This document shows positions 1 through 9,592 of a stretch of 64,000 bases of DNA, one piece after another. The position numbers and the translations under genes are program-made. Position 1 is the stretch's first letter, and every line of letters starts with the position of its first letter. The stretch comes from Alphaproteobacteria bacterium (lineage in GTDB: Bacteria; Pseudomonadota; Alphaproteobacteria; SP197). The DNA is taken from assembly GCA_965228895.1 (NCBI GenBank), contig OZ245842.1, forward strand, positions 1,632,001 through 1,696,000, read 5' to 3'. A model generated the notes under the pieces. It worked only from the letters and a program-made list of their open reading frames with translations. It was not told the origin of the DNA and made no database searches.

Positions 1-63
1 GTGACGGTGGAGATGACGCCCTATGATCTGACCAAGGGTCGGATCGTCTTCCGCTTCAAGTAG
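1..63 (+). CDS. infA: translation initiation factor IF-1, 3' end (partial)
   Basis: Frame 1 reads VTVEMTPYDLTKGRIVFRFK*, the IF-1 C-terminus; infA-maf-rng-yacG order is typical of Alphaproteobacteria. Confidence 0.95.
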   Translation: MTVEMTPYDLTKGRIVFRFK

Positions 64-71
64 CACGCCCC

Positions 72-665
72 ATGGCCCGGCGCCCGCCGCCGCCTCTGGT
101 CCTCGCCTCTGCTTCGCCGCGCCGCCTGATGCTGTTGGAACAGATTGGTGTGGTGCCTGATCAGGTCGTCCCCGCCGATATCGACGAAACCCCGCTGAAG
201 AATGAGCTGCCGCGCGACCTCGTGTGTCGTTTAGCGCTTGCGAAGGCGCGTCAAGTCGTAAGCCAGCACAAGAAGTCCGCTGTGTTGGCCGCTGATACGG
301 TTGTCGCCTGTGGCCGCCGCATTCTGCCCAAAGCCGAAGATGAAGCCGAGGCTCGCGCGTGCCTGAAACGACTTTCAGGGCGCCGTCATATGGTGCATGG
401 CGGAGTTGCGCTGATTTTGCCGGACGGCCAGCCATTGACCCGCTATGTGGCCACGCGCATCACATTTAAGCGTTTGAGCGACGCGGAGATTGACAGCTAT
501 GTCGATTCGGGCGAATGGCTTGGCAAGGCGGGCGGCTATGCCATTCAAGGTCGTGCTGCGGCCTTTGTGCCGTTTATCAACGGTTCCTATTCCAACGTGG
601 TCGGCCTGCCGCTTTACGAAACCGCACAGCTCCTGAACGGGGCGGGGTTGGTTCCGTGTGATTGA
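72..665 (+). CDS. maf: Maf family nucleotide pyrophosphatase
   Basis: LVLASASPRR, IDETP, ADTVV, KAGGYAIQG, SYSNVVGLPL motifs. Confidence 0.95.
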   Translation: MARRPPPPLVLASASPRRLMLLEQIGVVPDQVVPADIDETPLKNELPRDLVCRLALAKARQVVSQHKKSAVLAADTVVACGRRILPKAEDEAEARACLKRLSGRRHMVHGGVALILPDGQPLTRYVATRITFKRLSDAEIDSYVDSGEWLGKAGGYAIQGRAAAFVPFINGSYSNVVGLPLYETAQLLNGAGLVPCD

Positions 666-1818
666 TACGATGTTGGTCGAAAGCACGCCGCGCGCGGTAC
701 AGATCGCGCTGTTGGCGGACCGTGAGCTCGTCGAGTATCACGTCGATCGTCCGGGCAGGGGGCACCGCGAGGGGGATGTCTTCGTCGGCCGCGTGACCCG
801 GGTCGTGCCGGGCCTGAAAGCGGCGTTTGTCGACTTGGGCGACGGCATATCGGGTTTTTTGTCGGCGCGCGAGGCCCATCAGGGCAATGGTGCAGCGCCT
901 GAAATTGGCCGCCTGGTCCACGAAGGAGAGGCGGTCGTCGTGACGATCTCAAAGGCCGCGACGGCCGACAAGGGGCCAAAGGTTACGCGGCATGTCACTG
1001 ACCCCGAGGGTAAGATCGCCGAAGCGGCCGCCCACATCAGGCCGCCCGGTCTCGTCCGTCGCCGCAAACACCTGGTAGCGCATTTGATTGAGCGCTTGGG
1101 CGAAGCGCATATCGTCGTTGACTGTCCGGCGAAATTCGCGCGGCTTAGGAAGCGGGTTGATCCGGCACGCCTTGACCTGCATCAGGGCACCACACCTCTG
1201 TTTGCGATCGCCGATATCGACGAACAGATCGACCGTGCGCTGACGCCCACCGTCAACCTGCCAGGCGGCGGACGTGTGGTGTTCGAACCGGTGCGTACGC
1301 TGACCGCCGTGGATGTCGACATGGGCCCAGCCGCTGAACGCGGCGCCGATCCGTTCGCGGTCAATATGGAAGCTGCTTTGACCGTCGCGCGTCAGGTCCG
1401 GCTGCGCAATGTTGGTGGCCTGATTGTCATTGATTTCCTCAACATGAAGGGCGACGACAAGGGCCGTCAGCTTGCCGATGCCTTGCGCCAGGCCGTGGCT
1501 GATGATCCTGCCGAGGTCGCCCTGGTCGGACCTTCCCGTTTCGGAGTGGTCGAGATGGCGCGTGAACGCCGCGGCGAACCGTTGTCCGGCGCTCTCGGCA
1601 CCGCTGTCGAGCGTGCCGCCGACCAATTGGTTCGCGAACTGCGCCTGACCGCCACGCAAGGCGCCGGAACTCTTGAGGTGCGTGCCTCGCCGGCTGTCGT
1701 CGCAGAGTTTCAACGCGCCGCCGGCGGACAGGATGTGGCGTCGTGGATCGGCCGGCGCCTGGAAGTCCAGGTCGAGAGCGGACGCGACGATCGGGCGTTT
1801 CAGATAGCGGCCCTTTAG
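658..1818 (+). CDS. rng: ribonuclease E/G family protein (short RNase G type)
   Basis: S1-like N-terminus (GRVTRVVPGLKAAFVD), LTAVDVD, RQVRLRNVGGLIVIDFL; GTG start overlaps maf. Confidence 0.9.
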   Translation: MIDTMLVESTPRAVQIALLADRELVEYHVDRPGRGHREGDVFVGRVTRVVPGLKAAFVDLGDGISGFLSAREAHQGNGAAPEIGRLVHEGEAVVVTISKAATADKGPKVTRHVTDPEGKIAEAAAHIRPPGLVRRRKHLVAHLIERLGEAHIVVDCPAKFARLRKRVDPARLDLHQGTTPLFAIADIDEQIDRALTPTVNLPGGGRVVFEPVRTLTAVDVDMGPAAERGADPFAVNMEAALTVARQVRLRNVGGLIVIDFLNMKGDDKGRQLADALRQAVADDPAEVALVGPSRFGVVEMARERRGEPLSGALGTAVERAADQLVRELRLTATQGAGTLEVRASPAVVAEFQRAAGGQDVASWIGRRLEVQVESGRDDRAFQIAAL

Positions 1819-1839
1819 ATCGATCGGGGGGAGATTGAC

Positions 1840-2121
1840 ATGACGGACGACATCAAAGCTGCGGAACCGTGTCCCCTATGCGGTCAGCCCAGCCAGGCCG
1901 ACTTCCAGCCGTTCTGTTCCAAGCGCTGCAAGATGCGCGACCTCGCCCACTGGCTCGGCGGCGACGAACCCTATGTCATTCCCGGCGAGCCGTTGAGTGG
2001 CCTGTTGGATGAAAACGGCGAACCGCTGGTCGACCTTGAGGACCTGGTCGAAGGGTCTGGCGACAGCAATGTCGTCTACGCCAACTTCCGCCGTGACGGC
2101 GGTAAGGATGAGCCGTCATAG
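1840..2121 (+). CDS. yacG: DNA gyrase inhibitor YacG (Zn finger) with acidic C-terminal extension
   Basis: CPLCG...PFCSKRC..DLAHWL..YVIP. Confidence 0.92.
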   Translation: MTDDIKAAEPCPLCGQPSQADFQPFCSKRCKMRDLAHWLGGDEPYVIPGEPLSGLLDENGEPLVDLEDLVEGSGDSNVVYANFRRDGGKDEPS

Positions 2122-2197
2122 TCGAATTGCCCGGCTGCTCACCATGATTCTGGACAACCAAGCCGGTTTTGCCTAAAACCCGTCGCCTTGATCCGGC

Positions 2198-2273
<76 letters not shown>

Positions 2274-2275
2274 TT

Positions 2276-2314
2276 CAAAACCCCTGCCAAGTCGACTGTT
2301 TGGCAGGGGTTTTG
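2276..2314 (+). terminator. intrinsic terminator after tRNA-Phe
   Basis: 15-bp perfect inverted repeat CAAAACCCCTGCCAA / TTGGCAGGGGTTTTG with a 9-nt loop. Confidence 0.85.
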
Positions 2315-2544
2315 TGTGTCCGTGGCAGACTCGCCAGCGATAGCCTCTTTGCTCGGCACACGCTTGAGGGCCAAACATGCCGTCCCGTTTGCGGGCATCC
2401 GTGAGCGTCTTCACCGTCGACATCACATCATCGGTGATCGCAGCGGCAAAATCGTTGGCCCCGCGCTTGTTCTGCTCAGCAATCTCCTTGCGGTTGTCTG
2501 ACATTTTCGCTGTCATGACACTGCACCCAAGGGAGAACCGATTC

Positions 2545-3390
2545 ATGCGCGTCATTCAGCCGGGCGACATTGCCGGAACCCATCGCGACCGCATGGTCGG
2601 CGATGGCAGTGCGCATGCCATGTGTTATTTGGCCGCCGAGGACAACAGTGGCTTCTCCTTTTCGACGCTGGAGATCTCAGGTGACAGCACGGGTTATCCG
2701 TTGCACTACAAACACCACGTGGAGGCAAACCTGATCCTTGAGGGCGCCGGTGAAATCCACAACCTGGAGACCGACGAGCGCTGGCCTGCGGAACCCGGCA
2801 CGCTCTATGTCGTCGGCCCCGCTGACCGTCACGAGGTACTGCTGACGGGTCCGGTCAAGGTGGTGTCGCTCTTCAATCCGCCGATCCAGGGTAATGAACA
2901 TCACCAGGACTTCGGTGGCTACCCGCCGTCGGGTGAGATTCCGGACGGCTGGGGACCGGCTGGCGGCTCTCCAACCAGCCGGCGCATGTTTGTAAAACAG
3001 AGGAACGAGATCCCGGTGGTGAGCATTGGCGGCGGCCACGCTGAGGCGCGGCGTTATCTGACCAAAGCCGACGACGTGGGTTTCACCATCTCCGATCTCA
3101 CGGCCAAGAGCAGCGAGACACCCCATCACCTCTGGTACAAGCATCACGTCGAAGCGAACTTCGTCGTTTCCGGCACGGCCGAGGTAACGGATAGCGCAAG
3201 CGGCCAAAGCTGGGCACTCGCGCCGGGTTCGCTCTATCTGGTCGGACCGAAGGATCGCCACCATGTCACGAGCAGCACGGGATTTCATGTGCTGAGTATC
3301 TTCAACCCGCCGCTGGTCGGCGGCGAGACCCACGATGCCGACGGCAGTTACCCACCCACCGGCGACCTGCCGCCGGGATGGAACGACTGA
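2545..3390 (+). CDS. protein with two tandem ectoine synthase (EctC)-like cupin domains
   Basis: Two repeats of YKHHVEAN..G.GE/AE..PG(T/S)LY..GP.DRH..FNPP..G.E.H...G.YP; ATG at 2545 after AGGGAG (ORF track start 2377 is likely too far upstream). Confidence 0.85.
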   Translation: MRVIQPGDIAGTHRDRMVGDGSAHAMCYLAAEDNSGFSFSTLEISGDSTGYPLHYKHHVEANLILEGAGEIHNLETDERWPAEPGTLYVVGPADRHEVLLTGPVKVVSLFNPPIQGNEHHQDFGGYPPSGEIPDGWGPAGGSPTSRRMFVKQRNEIPVVSIGGGHAEARRYLTKADDVGFTISDLTAKSSETPHHLWYKHHVEANFVVSGTAEVTDSASGQSWALAPGSLYLVGPKDRHHVTSSTGFHVLSIFNPPLVGGETHDADGSYPPTGDLPPGWND

Positions 3391-3515
3391 CATACGGGTC
3401 ATCCGGGCCGGGGACCTGAACCGGCCCACAACCCCTACGCTATGACCTCCTCTTGGGAGGCGATGCGGATCCTCTCGGTTGCCGCCTTCCCAGCACGACT
3501 TCGGAGTATTGCACG

Positions 3516-4103
3516 ATGAAACAGGACCTCAGAGTCGATCCGCTGCCGACAGACGACTGGGACTCGTCTCTGTCCTCCATCATCGACGACATGGGCGGTG
3601 CGCCGATCAACGTGCATCGCCTGATGGCCCATCATCCGGCATTGCTGCAGGCGTGGTGGAGCTTTCGCAACTATGGCGTGGACGGCGGCGACCTCGGCCG
3701 GCGCAAGGGGGAGCTGGTCATTCTTCGCACCGCCGTCCATATGCGCTCCTGGTACGAATGGGGCGCGCACGTGGCGCGTGCCATGGCTTGCGGTCTGAGC
3801 CGGGACGAGATCGAGCGCGTGAAACAGGGGCCGGCCGACCCGGCATGGCCGGCAGACGAAGCGCTGCTGCTGGAGGCGGTCGACGCGTTGATAACCGATC
3901 GTGGTCTCTCCGAGGAGCTCCAGGCACGGCTGCGCGCATACTATTCGGTGCAGCAGACCATGGACATCATGGCGATCCACGGCATGTACGTCATTCTGGG
4001 CAACATGGTGAACACCTGGCAGATCGACCTTGATGCAAGCGTGCGCGACGGCTTGCCGGACGACGTCACCAAGGAGGCCTTCGAGGCCGAGTTCCCCCGT
4101 TAG
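3516..4103 (+). CDS. carboxymuconolactone decarboxylase / AhpD-like family protein
   Basis: NVHRLMAHHP, ELVILRTA....WYEWGAH motif; ATG at 3516 after GGAG. Confidence 0.8.
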   Translation: MKQDLRVDPLPTDDWDSSLSSIIDDMGGAPINVHRLMAHHPALLQAWWSFRNYGVDGGDLGRRKGELVILRTAVHMRSWYEWGAHVARAMACGLSRDEIERVKQGPADPAWPADEALLLEAVDALITDRGLSEELQARLRAYYSVQQTMDIMAIHGMYVILGNMVNTWQIDLDASVRDGLPDDVTKEAFEAEFPR

Positions 4104-4438
4104 GTCGTGTCGTCAGTCTGCGCCGCGCAGGCTTCCAGCAGAGCGGTCAAGAGGGCCAGGGGCACCGTGGTCGACTCCGCTTGGAACTGCGTGCTGCCTC
4201 TCCGGACGGACGCATAGGGGAAAACCCCGTCGGGGCCGAAGCCGATATGCCAATGCCAGCCGGGCAGGGCATGTTCGATGAGCGATAGACAGGCGTCGAC
4301 CGACGCGGTGTAGGCCGGTGCCGCGTCGTCATGGGTGATATGGGCGACGATGTGGGCGATCGCCAAGTCGATATCGTGATCCCTGCCGGTGGCGGCCCTG
4401 ACTTGCGGCAGGAGTGTTGTGAGTTTTCGGGCGACCAT
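4100..4438 (-). CDS. hypothetical protein (YTASxDA...PGW...PLALL type)
   Basis: Fills the gap convergent with the CMD gene; plausible composition. Confidence 0.6.
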   Translation of the reverse strand: MVARKLTTLLPQVRAATGRDHDIDLAIAHIVAHITHDDAAPAYTASVDACLSLIEHALPGWHWHIGFGPDGVFPYASVRRGSTQFQAESTTVPLALLTALLEACAAQTDDTT

Positions 4439-4492
4439 GGTGCCAGATTACATCGGGCGCTGGCCGGGCTCCAGTAAGGCTGTCGCCACTCT

Positions 4493-5485
4493 CTAGCTTC
4501 CGGGCACCAGCCGGGCGACGCCATCGGACCGCGCGGACTCGATGACGGCCTCCATGACGGCGGCGTTGTGGATCGCTTGGTTCACGGGAAGCGGGAATTC
4601 TGCCGCGCCCGCGACGGCCCGGGCGAACGCTTCAAGTTCGGCGCGCTCCATATCCTCAGCTGGAAACTCCAGAACCTCGCGCTCGCCGTTGGCGTGGGTG
4701 ATGGTGACGTGCCGATAACCATCCATCTCGATCTGGCCTTTGGTGCCGAACACCGTGACGCGCCAGTGGCGCGGTGTGATGGTCAGCGTGGAGAGCGTGC
4801 CGGACGCGCCATTGCGAAAATCGAGCAGCAACGTGGTCGTATCGTCGGCTTCGGTCGTCAGCACCTGACGCCGGCTGACGGCGCGCACCGCCGCGACGGG
4901 GCCGATCAGATTCAACATCATGTCCAGGATGTGAACACCCATGGTCGTCATGCCACCCACAGGATGTTCGTCACGCATGACCCAGTATTCGCCGGGTTCG
5001 CAGACCAGACCGTAGCCGTTCGAGTAGTTGCCTTCGACATGCACGACCCGGCCGATCGTGCCGTCGTCGATGTGCCGTTTCATGGTCGCCGTGGCGGTCA
5101 GGAACCGCCGATTGTGGCCGAGCGCCAGCGTGACACCGGCTTTGGTGCAGGCCTTTGCCGCCCGCTCGGCCTCGGCATGCGAGAAAGCCAGCGGTTTTTC
5201 GACAAAGACGGGTTTGCCGGCGTTGGCCGCGGCGACAATCTGGTCGACATGGACGCTGTTGATCGACGCCAGAACGACGGCGTCGATATCGCTGCCCAGG
5301 CCATCTTCGAGCCGGTCGCTCAAGGCTAAACCCTGCCGTTCGGCAAAATCCTGGGCCCGCGACGGCGTGCGTGTGACCGCGCGATCGAAACGGATCAGGT
5401 CGCCTTTCGGCTTGCCGTCTTCCTGCACCGCGTCGACCAGGACCTGGCCCCAGCTACCCAAACCGATGATCGCAGCACGCAGCAT
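4493..5485 (-). CDS. Gfo/Idh/MocA family oxidoreductase
   Basis: IIGLGSWG Rossmann motif, VFVEKP, GHNRRF, GVH. Confidence 0.92.
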   Translation of the reverse strand: MLRAAIIGLGSWGQVLVDAVQEDGKPKGDLIRFDRAVTRTPSRAQDFAERQGLALSDRLEDGLGSDIDAVVLASINSVHVDQIVAAANAGKPVFVEKPLAFSHAEAERAAKACTKAGVTLALGHNRRFLTATATMKRHIDDGTIGRVVHVEGNYSNGYGLVCEPGEYWVMRDEHPVGGMTTMGVHILDMMLNLIGPVAAVRAVSRRQVLTTEADDTTTLLLDFRNGASGTLSTLTITPRHWRVTVFGTKGQIEMDGYRHVTITHANGEREVLEFPAEDMERAELEAFARAVAGAAEFPLPVNQAIHNAAVMEAVIESARSDGVARLVPGS

Positions 5486-5630
5486 GTCGCGTTCCCCCTT
5501 GAAAGCACCTGATTAGACTACGACGCTGACCTGGATTTGGTTCACGGGACCGTTGGCATTGATGTCGCTTGGCTCGTAGTCTTCGGTTCACGGCCACAGA
5601 GAACGGCTGCTGTAACGGGATCGCAATGCC

Positions 5631-6554
5631 ATGGCGCAAGATCTGCCATTCGCTCTTTACCACGCCTTCTCCGCGGGTCCGTTTGGCGGTGCGGCCGCCG
5701 GCATTGTCGGTGATGCCGCTGGTTTGACGCACGCGACCATGCAGAACATCGCGCGTGAGATAGGCGCCCCGGCAACCGCCTTTCTGAGGCAGGTCGGGGC
5801 GGAGGTGATTGACGTCCGGTTCTATTCGACCCAGACGGAGTACGGCATGTGCGGTCACGGTACGGTGGCGCTGGCGACCCATCTGGCAGACTGCGGTGAC
5901 TTGGCATGTGGCGACGGCGAGACCGTTGTTACGCTCCGAACCTCAGGCGGCGATGCGCCTGTAACGGTTCGCCGCATCGACGGACGTGCCCTGGTAATGC
6001 TGGAATTGACGCCTTCTACGTTCGAACCGGCGACACCCGATAGGGAAGCGCTGACGGCAGCGCTGGGGATCGCGCCTTCATCGATCGACGATGCGCTGCC
6101 TATGGAAAAGGCCGTGGGTGATTTCGTGCACCTTCTGGTGCCCGTTCGCTCGTTAGAGGCCATGGCGGCGATGTCACCGGACTTCGACGCCATCGCCGCG
6201 TTGTCGCAAGCCAACGGGGCCCAAACCGTCACGGTCTTTACCCGTGAAGTCTGCCGGGGGGACAGCACCGTGCATTGCCGCGATTTCTGTCCGGTGGTCG
6301 GTACGCCGGAATCGCCGGGTGCCGGTACGACCAACGGCGCCTTGACGGCCTACCTTGTACGTCACCGTTTGATCGATCTCGTGGACGGTGAGACAACGGT
6401 CGTTCTGTCGGAGCAGGGCTACGAGTGCGGCCGGCCGAGCCAAGTCCGGTCTGAGGTCAGGGGCTCCAACGGTCAAATCGAGCGGTTGTCGGTCGGTGGC
6501 TATGCCCGCAAGTCGATCACCGGCGAGCTCTGCCTGACGGGCGGCGGTCTTTAG
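5631..6554 (+). CDS. PhzF / DAP-epimerase-fold isomerase (atypical active site)
   Basis: AFS..PFGG, MQNIAREIG, GMCGHGT, EQGYECGRPS. Confidence 0.85.
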   Translation: MAQDLPFALYHAFSAGPFGGAAAGIVGDAAGLTHATMQNIAREIGAPATAFLRQVGAEVIDVRFYSTQTEYGMCGHGTVALATHLADCGDLACGDGETVVTLRTSGGDAPVTVRRIDGRALVMLELTPSTFEPATPDREALTAALGIAPSSIDDALPMEKAVGDFVHLLVPVRSLEAMAAMSPDFDAIAALSQANGAQTVTVFTREVCRGDSTVHCRDFCPVVGTPESPGAGTTNGALTAYLVRHRLIDLVDGETTVVLSEQGYECGRPSQVRSEVRGSNGQIERLSVGGYARKSITGELCLTGGGL

Positions 6555-6564
6555 GCTCGTGGCC

Positions 6565-7395
6565 ATGGGCGGGCAACAACAAGATGGCGCGCGCGCTTTG
6601 CTGGTGGCAGCGCTGGACGCGGCACGGGCAGGGCGGCTTGAGGAGGCGGAGAGTCTGATCGGTCGCGTTCTCGCCGCGGAACCGGACAACGCCGAGGCGT
6701 TGCATATGCAAGGCGCCCTCTTTCTTCAGGCAGGTGACGTGGAACGGGCGCTCGGCCCGCTCCGCCAAGCCTTTGATGCGATGCCGGATCACGCCGGGAT
6801 TGCCGCCAACTATGGCATCGCGTTGGCGGAGCACGGCCAGACGGATGATGCCGAACCGGTTCTGCGGCGTGCCGCCACGGCGACGCCGGCCAACCCGCAG
6901 GCACTTCTCAACTTGGCGCTTCTTTTGAAGCGGAAGGGCGAAGCGGACGAAGCCGAGGCATTGCTGCAACGCGCCGTCGAACTGGCGCCGGGTTACCCGC
7001 GCGCCTGGCTGGAACTTGGTGTGCTTGTCGCCGACAGGGACGCAGACGACGACGCGCTCGTTTGTTTCGAGAAGGCGCTTGCCAGTGATCCCCAACACCC
7101 GGGCGCGCGCTACAACGCGGCGATGGCGTGCCAGCGCCTGCACCGTTTTGACGATGCGCTCGATCACTACCGCACCTGTCGTCAGGCCCTGGCCAAGAAC
7201 CCCGATCTCTATTTCGGCCTGGGCCTGTGTCTGCAGGAGGTCGGACGGGTCGACGAGGCCATTGAGGTCTACCGTGACCTTCTGGCCATGGCGCCCCAGG
7301 CCTATCGGATCGTCTTGAAGAACCTGACGTCGGGGTCCGCTGGCCTTGTTTGTTTGCATCCCTCGGATCTGCGTCGTCGACTCGGCCTGAACTAA
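6565..7395 (+). CDS. tetratricopeptide repeat protein
   Basis: Several A..P...A..NL/LG TPR helical repeats. Confidence 0.85.
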   Translation: MGGQQQDGARALLVAALDAARAGRLEEAESLIGRVLAAEPDNAEALHMQGALFLQAGDVERALGPLRQAFDAMPDHAGIAANYGIALAEHGQTDDAEPVLRRAATATPANPQALLNLALLLKRKGEADEAEALLQRAVELAPGYPRAWLELGVLVADRDADDDALVCFEKALASDPQHPGARYNAAMACQRLHRFDDALDHYRTCRQALAKNPDLYFGLGLCLQEVGRVDEAIEVYRDLLAMAPQAYRIVLKNLTSGSAGLVCLHPSDLRRRLGLN

Positions 7396-8096
7396 CCGCC
7401 GGTTCGCCGCTTGCGGTGGTGTTTGCGATAAGCGCCCGCGCCGGCGCGCACGGCTGTTTTGGTCTCGTTGAAGCGGTCGGCGGCTTCGCCCGCCAACGTT
7501 TCCAAAGTAAGATCCAGCTCTTCCAGAGGCACGGGCATGCATTGCGCGACCGGGGTACCGCGCGCCAGTACGCCGTTGAAATCCCGGTCGACCCATTGCG
7601 CCGGGAAGTGAATGAAGTTGTGGTAGTTGTCGGCGTGGACCAGGCCTGTGACCGAACGAAACGGCAGGTCGGCCCGGTTGATCGGGTGCGTGCACAATAG
7701 GCCGAACCCCTTCGGCAGCTCGACGGTCCAGTAGTTGATAAACTTGACCGCATAGGTATCGGCCTCGAAAAACGGCGTCTGGACCAACTGATCGGCCACG
7801 TGGACCGCCATCGGTGCACGTGTGTAACCAGTCAGTTCGGTCGCCGGCGGGTCCCAGTCCCAGGAGAACGTACCGTCTTCAACCTGGATATCGGCGGCCA
7901 GCGGCATCAAGAAACCGGCCGACATGGCGTCGACAAAGGGCGGGCACTGCTTGACCGTCTCGACCTCGAACCCCAGGTCGGCGCTGTCGACCTTGGTTGG
8001 CATCGCCTTCAGCCAGTCGGGAAGGCCGCGACGGGCCGGGATTGGTTCGGGAATCAAACCCTTCAGTTCAGGCGGACAGCGAAAAACAACCTTCAT
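7392..8096 (-). CDS. conserved hypothetical protein (DUF6065-like)
   Basis: P.PA...LPDW, TVKQCPPFVDAM..G, W....P.G...L..HP.N, GTP.AQ..P pattern. Confidence 0.65.
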   Translation of the reverse strand: MKVVFRCPPELKGLIPEPIPARRGLPDWLKAMPTKVDSADLGFEVETVKQCPPFVDAMSAGFLMPLAADIQVEDGTFSWDWDPPATELTGYTRAPMAVHVADQLVQTPFFEADTYAVKFINYWTVELPKGFGLLCTHPINRADLPFRSVTGLVHADNYHNFIHFPAQWVDRDFNGVLARGTPVAQCMPVPLEELDLTLETLAGEAADRFNETKTAVRAGAGAYRKHHRKRRTGG

Positions 8097-8357
8097 CAAG
8101 AGCACGCTCGATCAGGGAACGGACTGGCCCCATCGTCATATCGGAAATTGGCCGGCTTGAGAACGCCGGACGAGTCGCTGCGAAACTTGCCCCCTGATCA
8201 CCACCCATTGGTGGGTCTGTCCACAGAGGAAAGCGCAGTTTTTCGCCGGTTAGCGCGGTCCCGAGGGGCGTCATATGATGTTCATATATTCGTCACTATA
8301 GTGTTGCGGGGGGTCACTACCCCTCCTGCATTCTCAGATTCCAGGGAGGTCAATCCA

Positions 8358-9494
8358 ATGACTCACTTCTCGCGTCGTTCGTTGCTCAAGACGACGGCGG
8401 TCGCGGCTGCCGGTGTGGCGATGCCGGCCGTCTTGCGGTCTAAAGATGCCCTATCCTCGTCCGGTCAGGTGAACGTTTTTGCCTGGGGCGACTATGTCCA
8501 GCAGAACATGATCGACAAGTTCGAGGCCGATACCGGCATCACCGTCAATCTGTCGACCTATGGTTCCAACGATGAGGCCGAACAGAAATTGAAGGCCGCC
8601 GGCGGCTCCGGGTTCGACGTCATTTTCCCGTCGGTCACCAACGTGCCGAACTACAAGGTCGGCGACGACTTCGTCCTGATGGAGTTGGACGAGTCCAAGG
8701 TCAACATGGACAACATTATCCCGTCGATGGTGCGTGACTCCATCCAGCTTGGCGGCGTGCAGCGCGGCAAGCGCCTGGCCCTGCCGTTCGACTGGGGCAC
8801 CGAAGCCGTGACGTTCAACTCAGAGGTCTATCCGCTGGCCGATGACGAAGTGTCGTTCGGTTCGTTGTGGGGTTCGGGCATGGACGGCAAGGTCGCCTTC
8901 CGCCAGAAGTCCGTGATCATGGGCACCGGCCTTTACCTCGATGCTATCGGCGAGGTGCCGTCGAACCGCATGCTCGACGTCTACAAGACCGAGGACGACG
9001 CCAAGCGGGTTTGGGACGCGGTCGCCGCGTTCGTTATCGAGAACAAGCAGAATGTCGGCGCGTTCTGGAACAACGCCACCGAGGCGACCAACGCGTTTAC
9101 CCAAGCCGGCTGTGAGATCGGCCAGACTTGGGATACGACAGGCATCAAGCTTGGTTGGGACGTCGATCCCAAGTGGAAGTATCGCATGCCAATCGAAGGC
9201 GGTATCACCTGGATGGACTCGATTGCCATGCCGTCCGGTGCCGAGCACGTTGATCAGGGTTACGCGTTCTTGAACGCCATGTATGACGGCGAAATGGCTG
9301 GCCTGTTCGTCGAGAACACCGGTTACAACTCTGCTGCCGTCGACGGCGCAAAACATGCCGGCGAGCAGTACGCCAACACCTTTGCCGAGATCTACACGCC
9401 GGAGACGCTCAGCAATCTCTGGTGGTGGCAGCAGGACACGCCGTGGTTCGCACCCATGCGGCAGGTCTATGTTGACGAAATCACGAACGCCTAA
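8358..9494 (+). CDS. polyamine (PotD/PotF-like) ABC substrate-binding protein, Tat signal
   Basis: SRRSLLK Tat motif; FAWGDY, FEADTGI, YGSNDE, PIEGGITWMD; ATG at 8358 after GGGAGG. Confidence 0.9.
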   Translation: MTHFSRRSLLKTTAVAAAGVAMPAVLRSKDALSSSGQVNVFAWGDYVQQNMIDKFEADTGITVNLSTYGSNDEAEQKLKAAGGSGFDVIFPSVTNVPNYKVGDDFVLMELDESKVNMDNIIPSMVRDSIQLGGVQRGKRLALPFDWGTEAVTFNSEVYPLADDEVSFGSLWGSGMDGKVAFRQKSVIMGTGLYLDAIGEVPSNRMLDVYKTEDDAKRVWDAVAAFVIENKQNVGAFWNNATEATNAFTQAGCEIGQTWDTTGIKLGWDVDPKWKYRMPIEGGITWMDSIAMPSGAEHVDQGYAFLNAMYDGEMAGLFVENTGYNSAAVDGAKHAGEQYANTFAEIYTPETLSNLWWWQQDTPWFAPMRQVYVDEITNA

Positions 9495-9520
9495 GCCAGT
9501 CCTGAGCCGGTAGCGGCGGA

Positions 9521-9543
9521 CCGGGCGGTGTGCTGCCGCCCGG
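9521..9543 (+). promoter_or_regulatory. intercistronic stem-loop after the SBP gene
   Basis: CCGGGCGG-N7-CCGCCCGG, no U tract; position fits an mRNA-stabilising hairpin. Confidence 0.45.
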
Positions 9544-9592
9544 CCCATCCGGTCCGGCCTAAGACCATCGTCACGTGATTTGATCCGGGGGT

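Noticed and set aside
2545-3390. Ectoine biosynthesis operon
   Set aside because: ectA and ectB are absent from the window
5631-6554. Phenazine biosynthesis
   Set aside because: No other phz genes and the PhzF catalytic Glu is missing
7800-8357. N-terminal extensions in the ORF track (7800, 11246, 30262, 31656, 16217, 50084, 2377)
   Set aside because: They overlap neighbouring genes; family homology and RBS support the downstream starts used above
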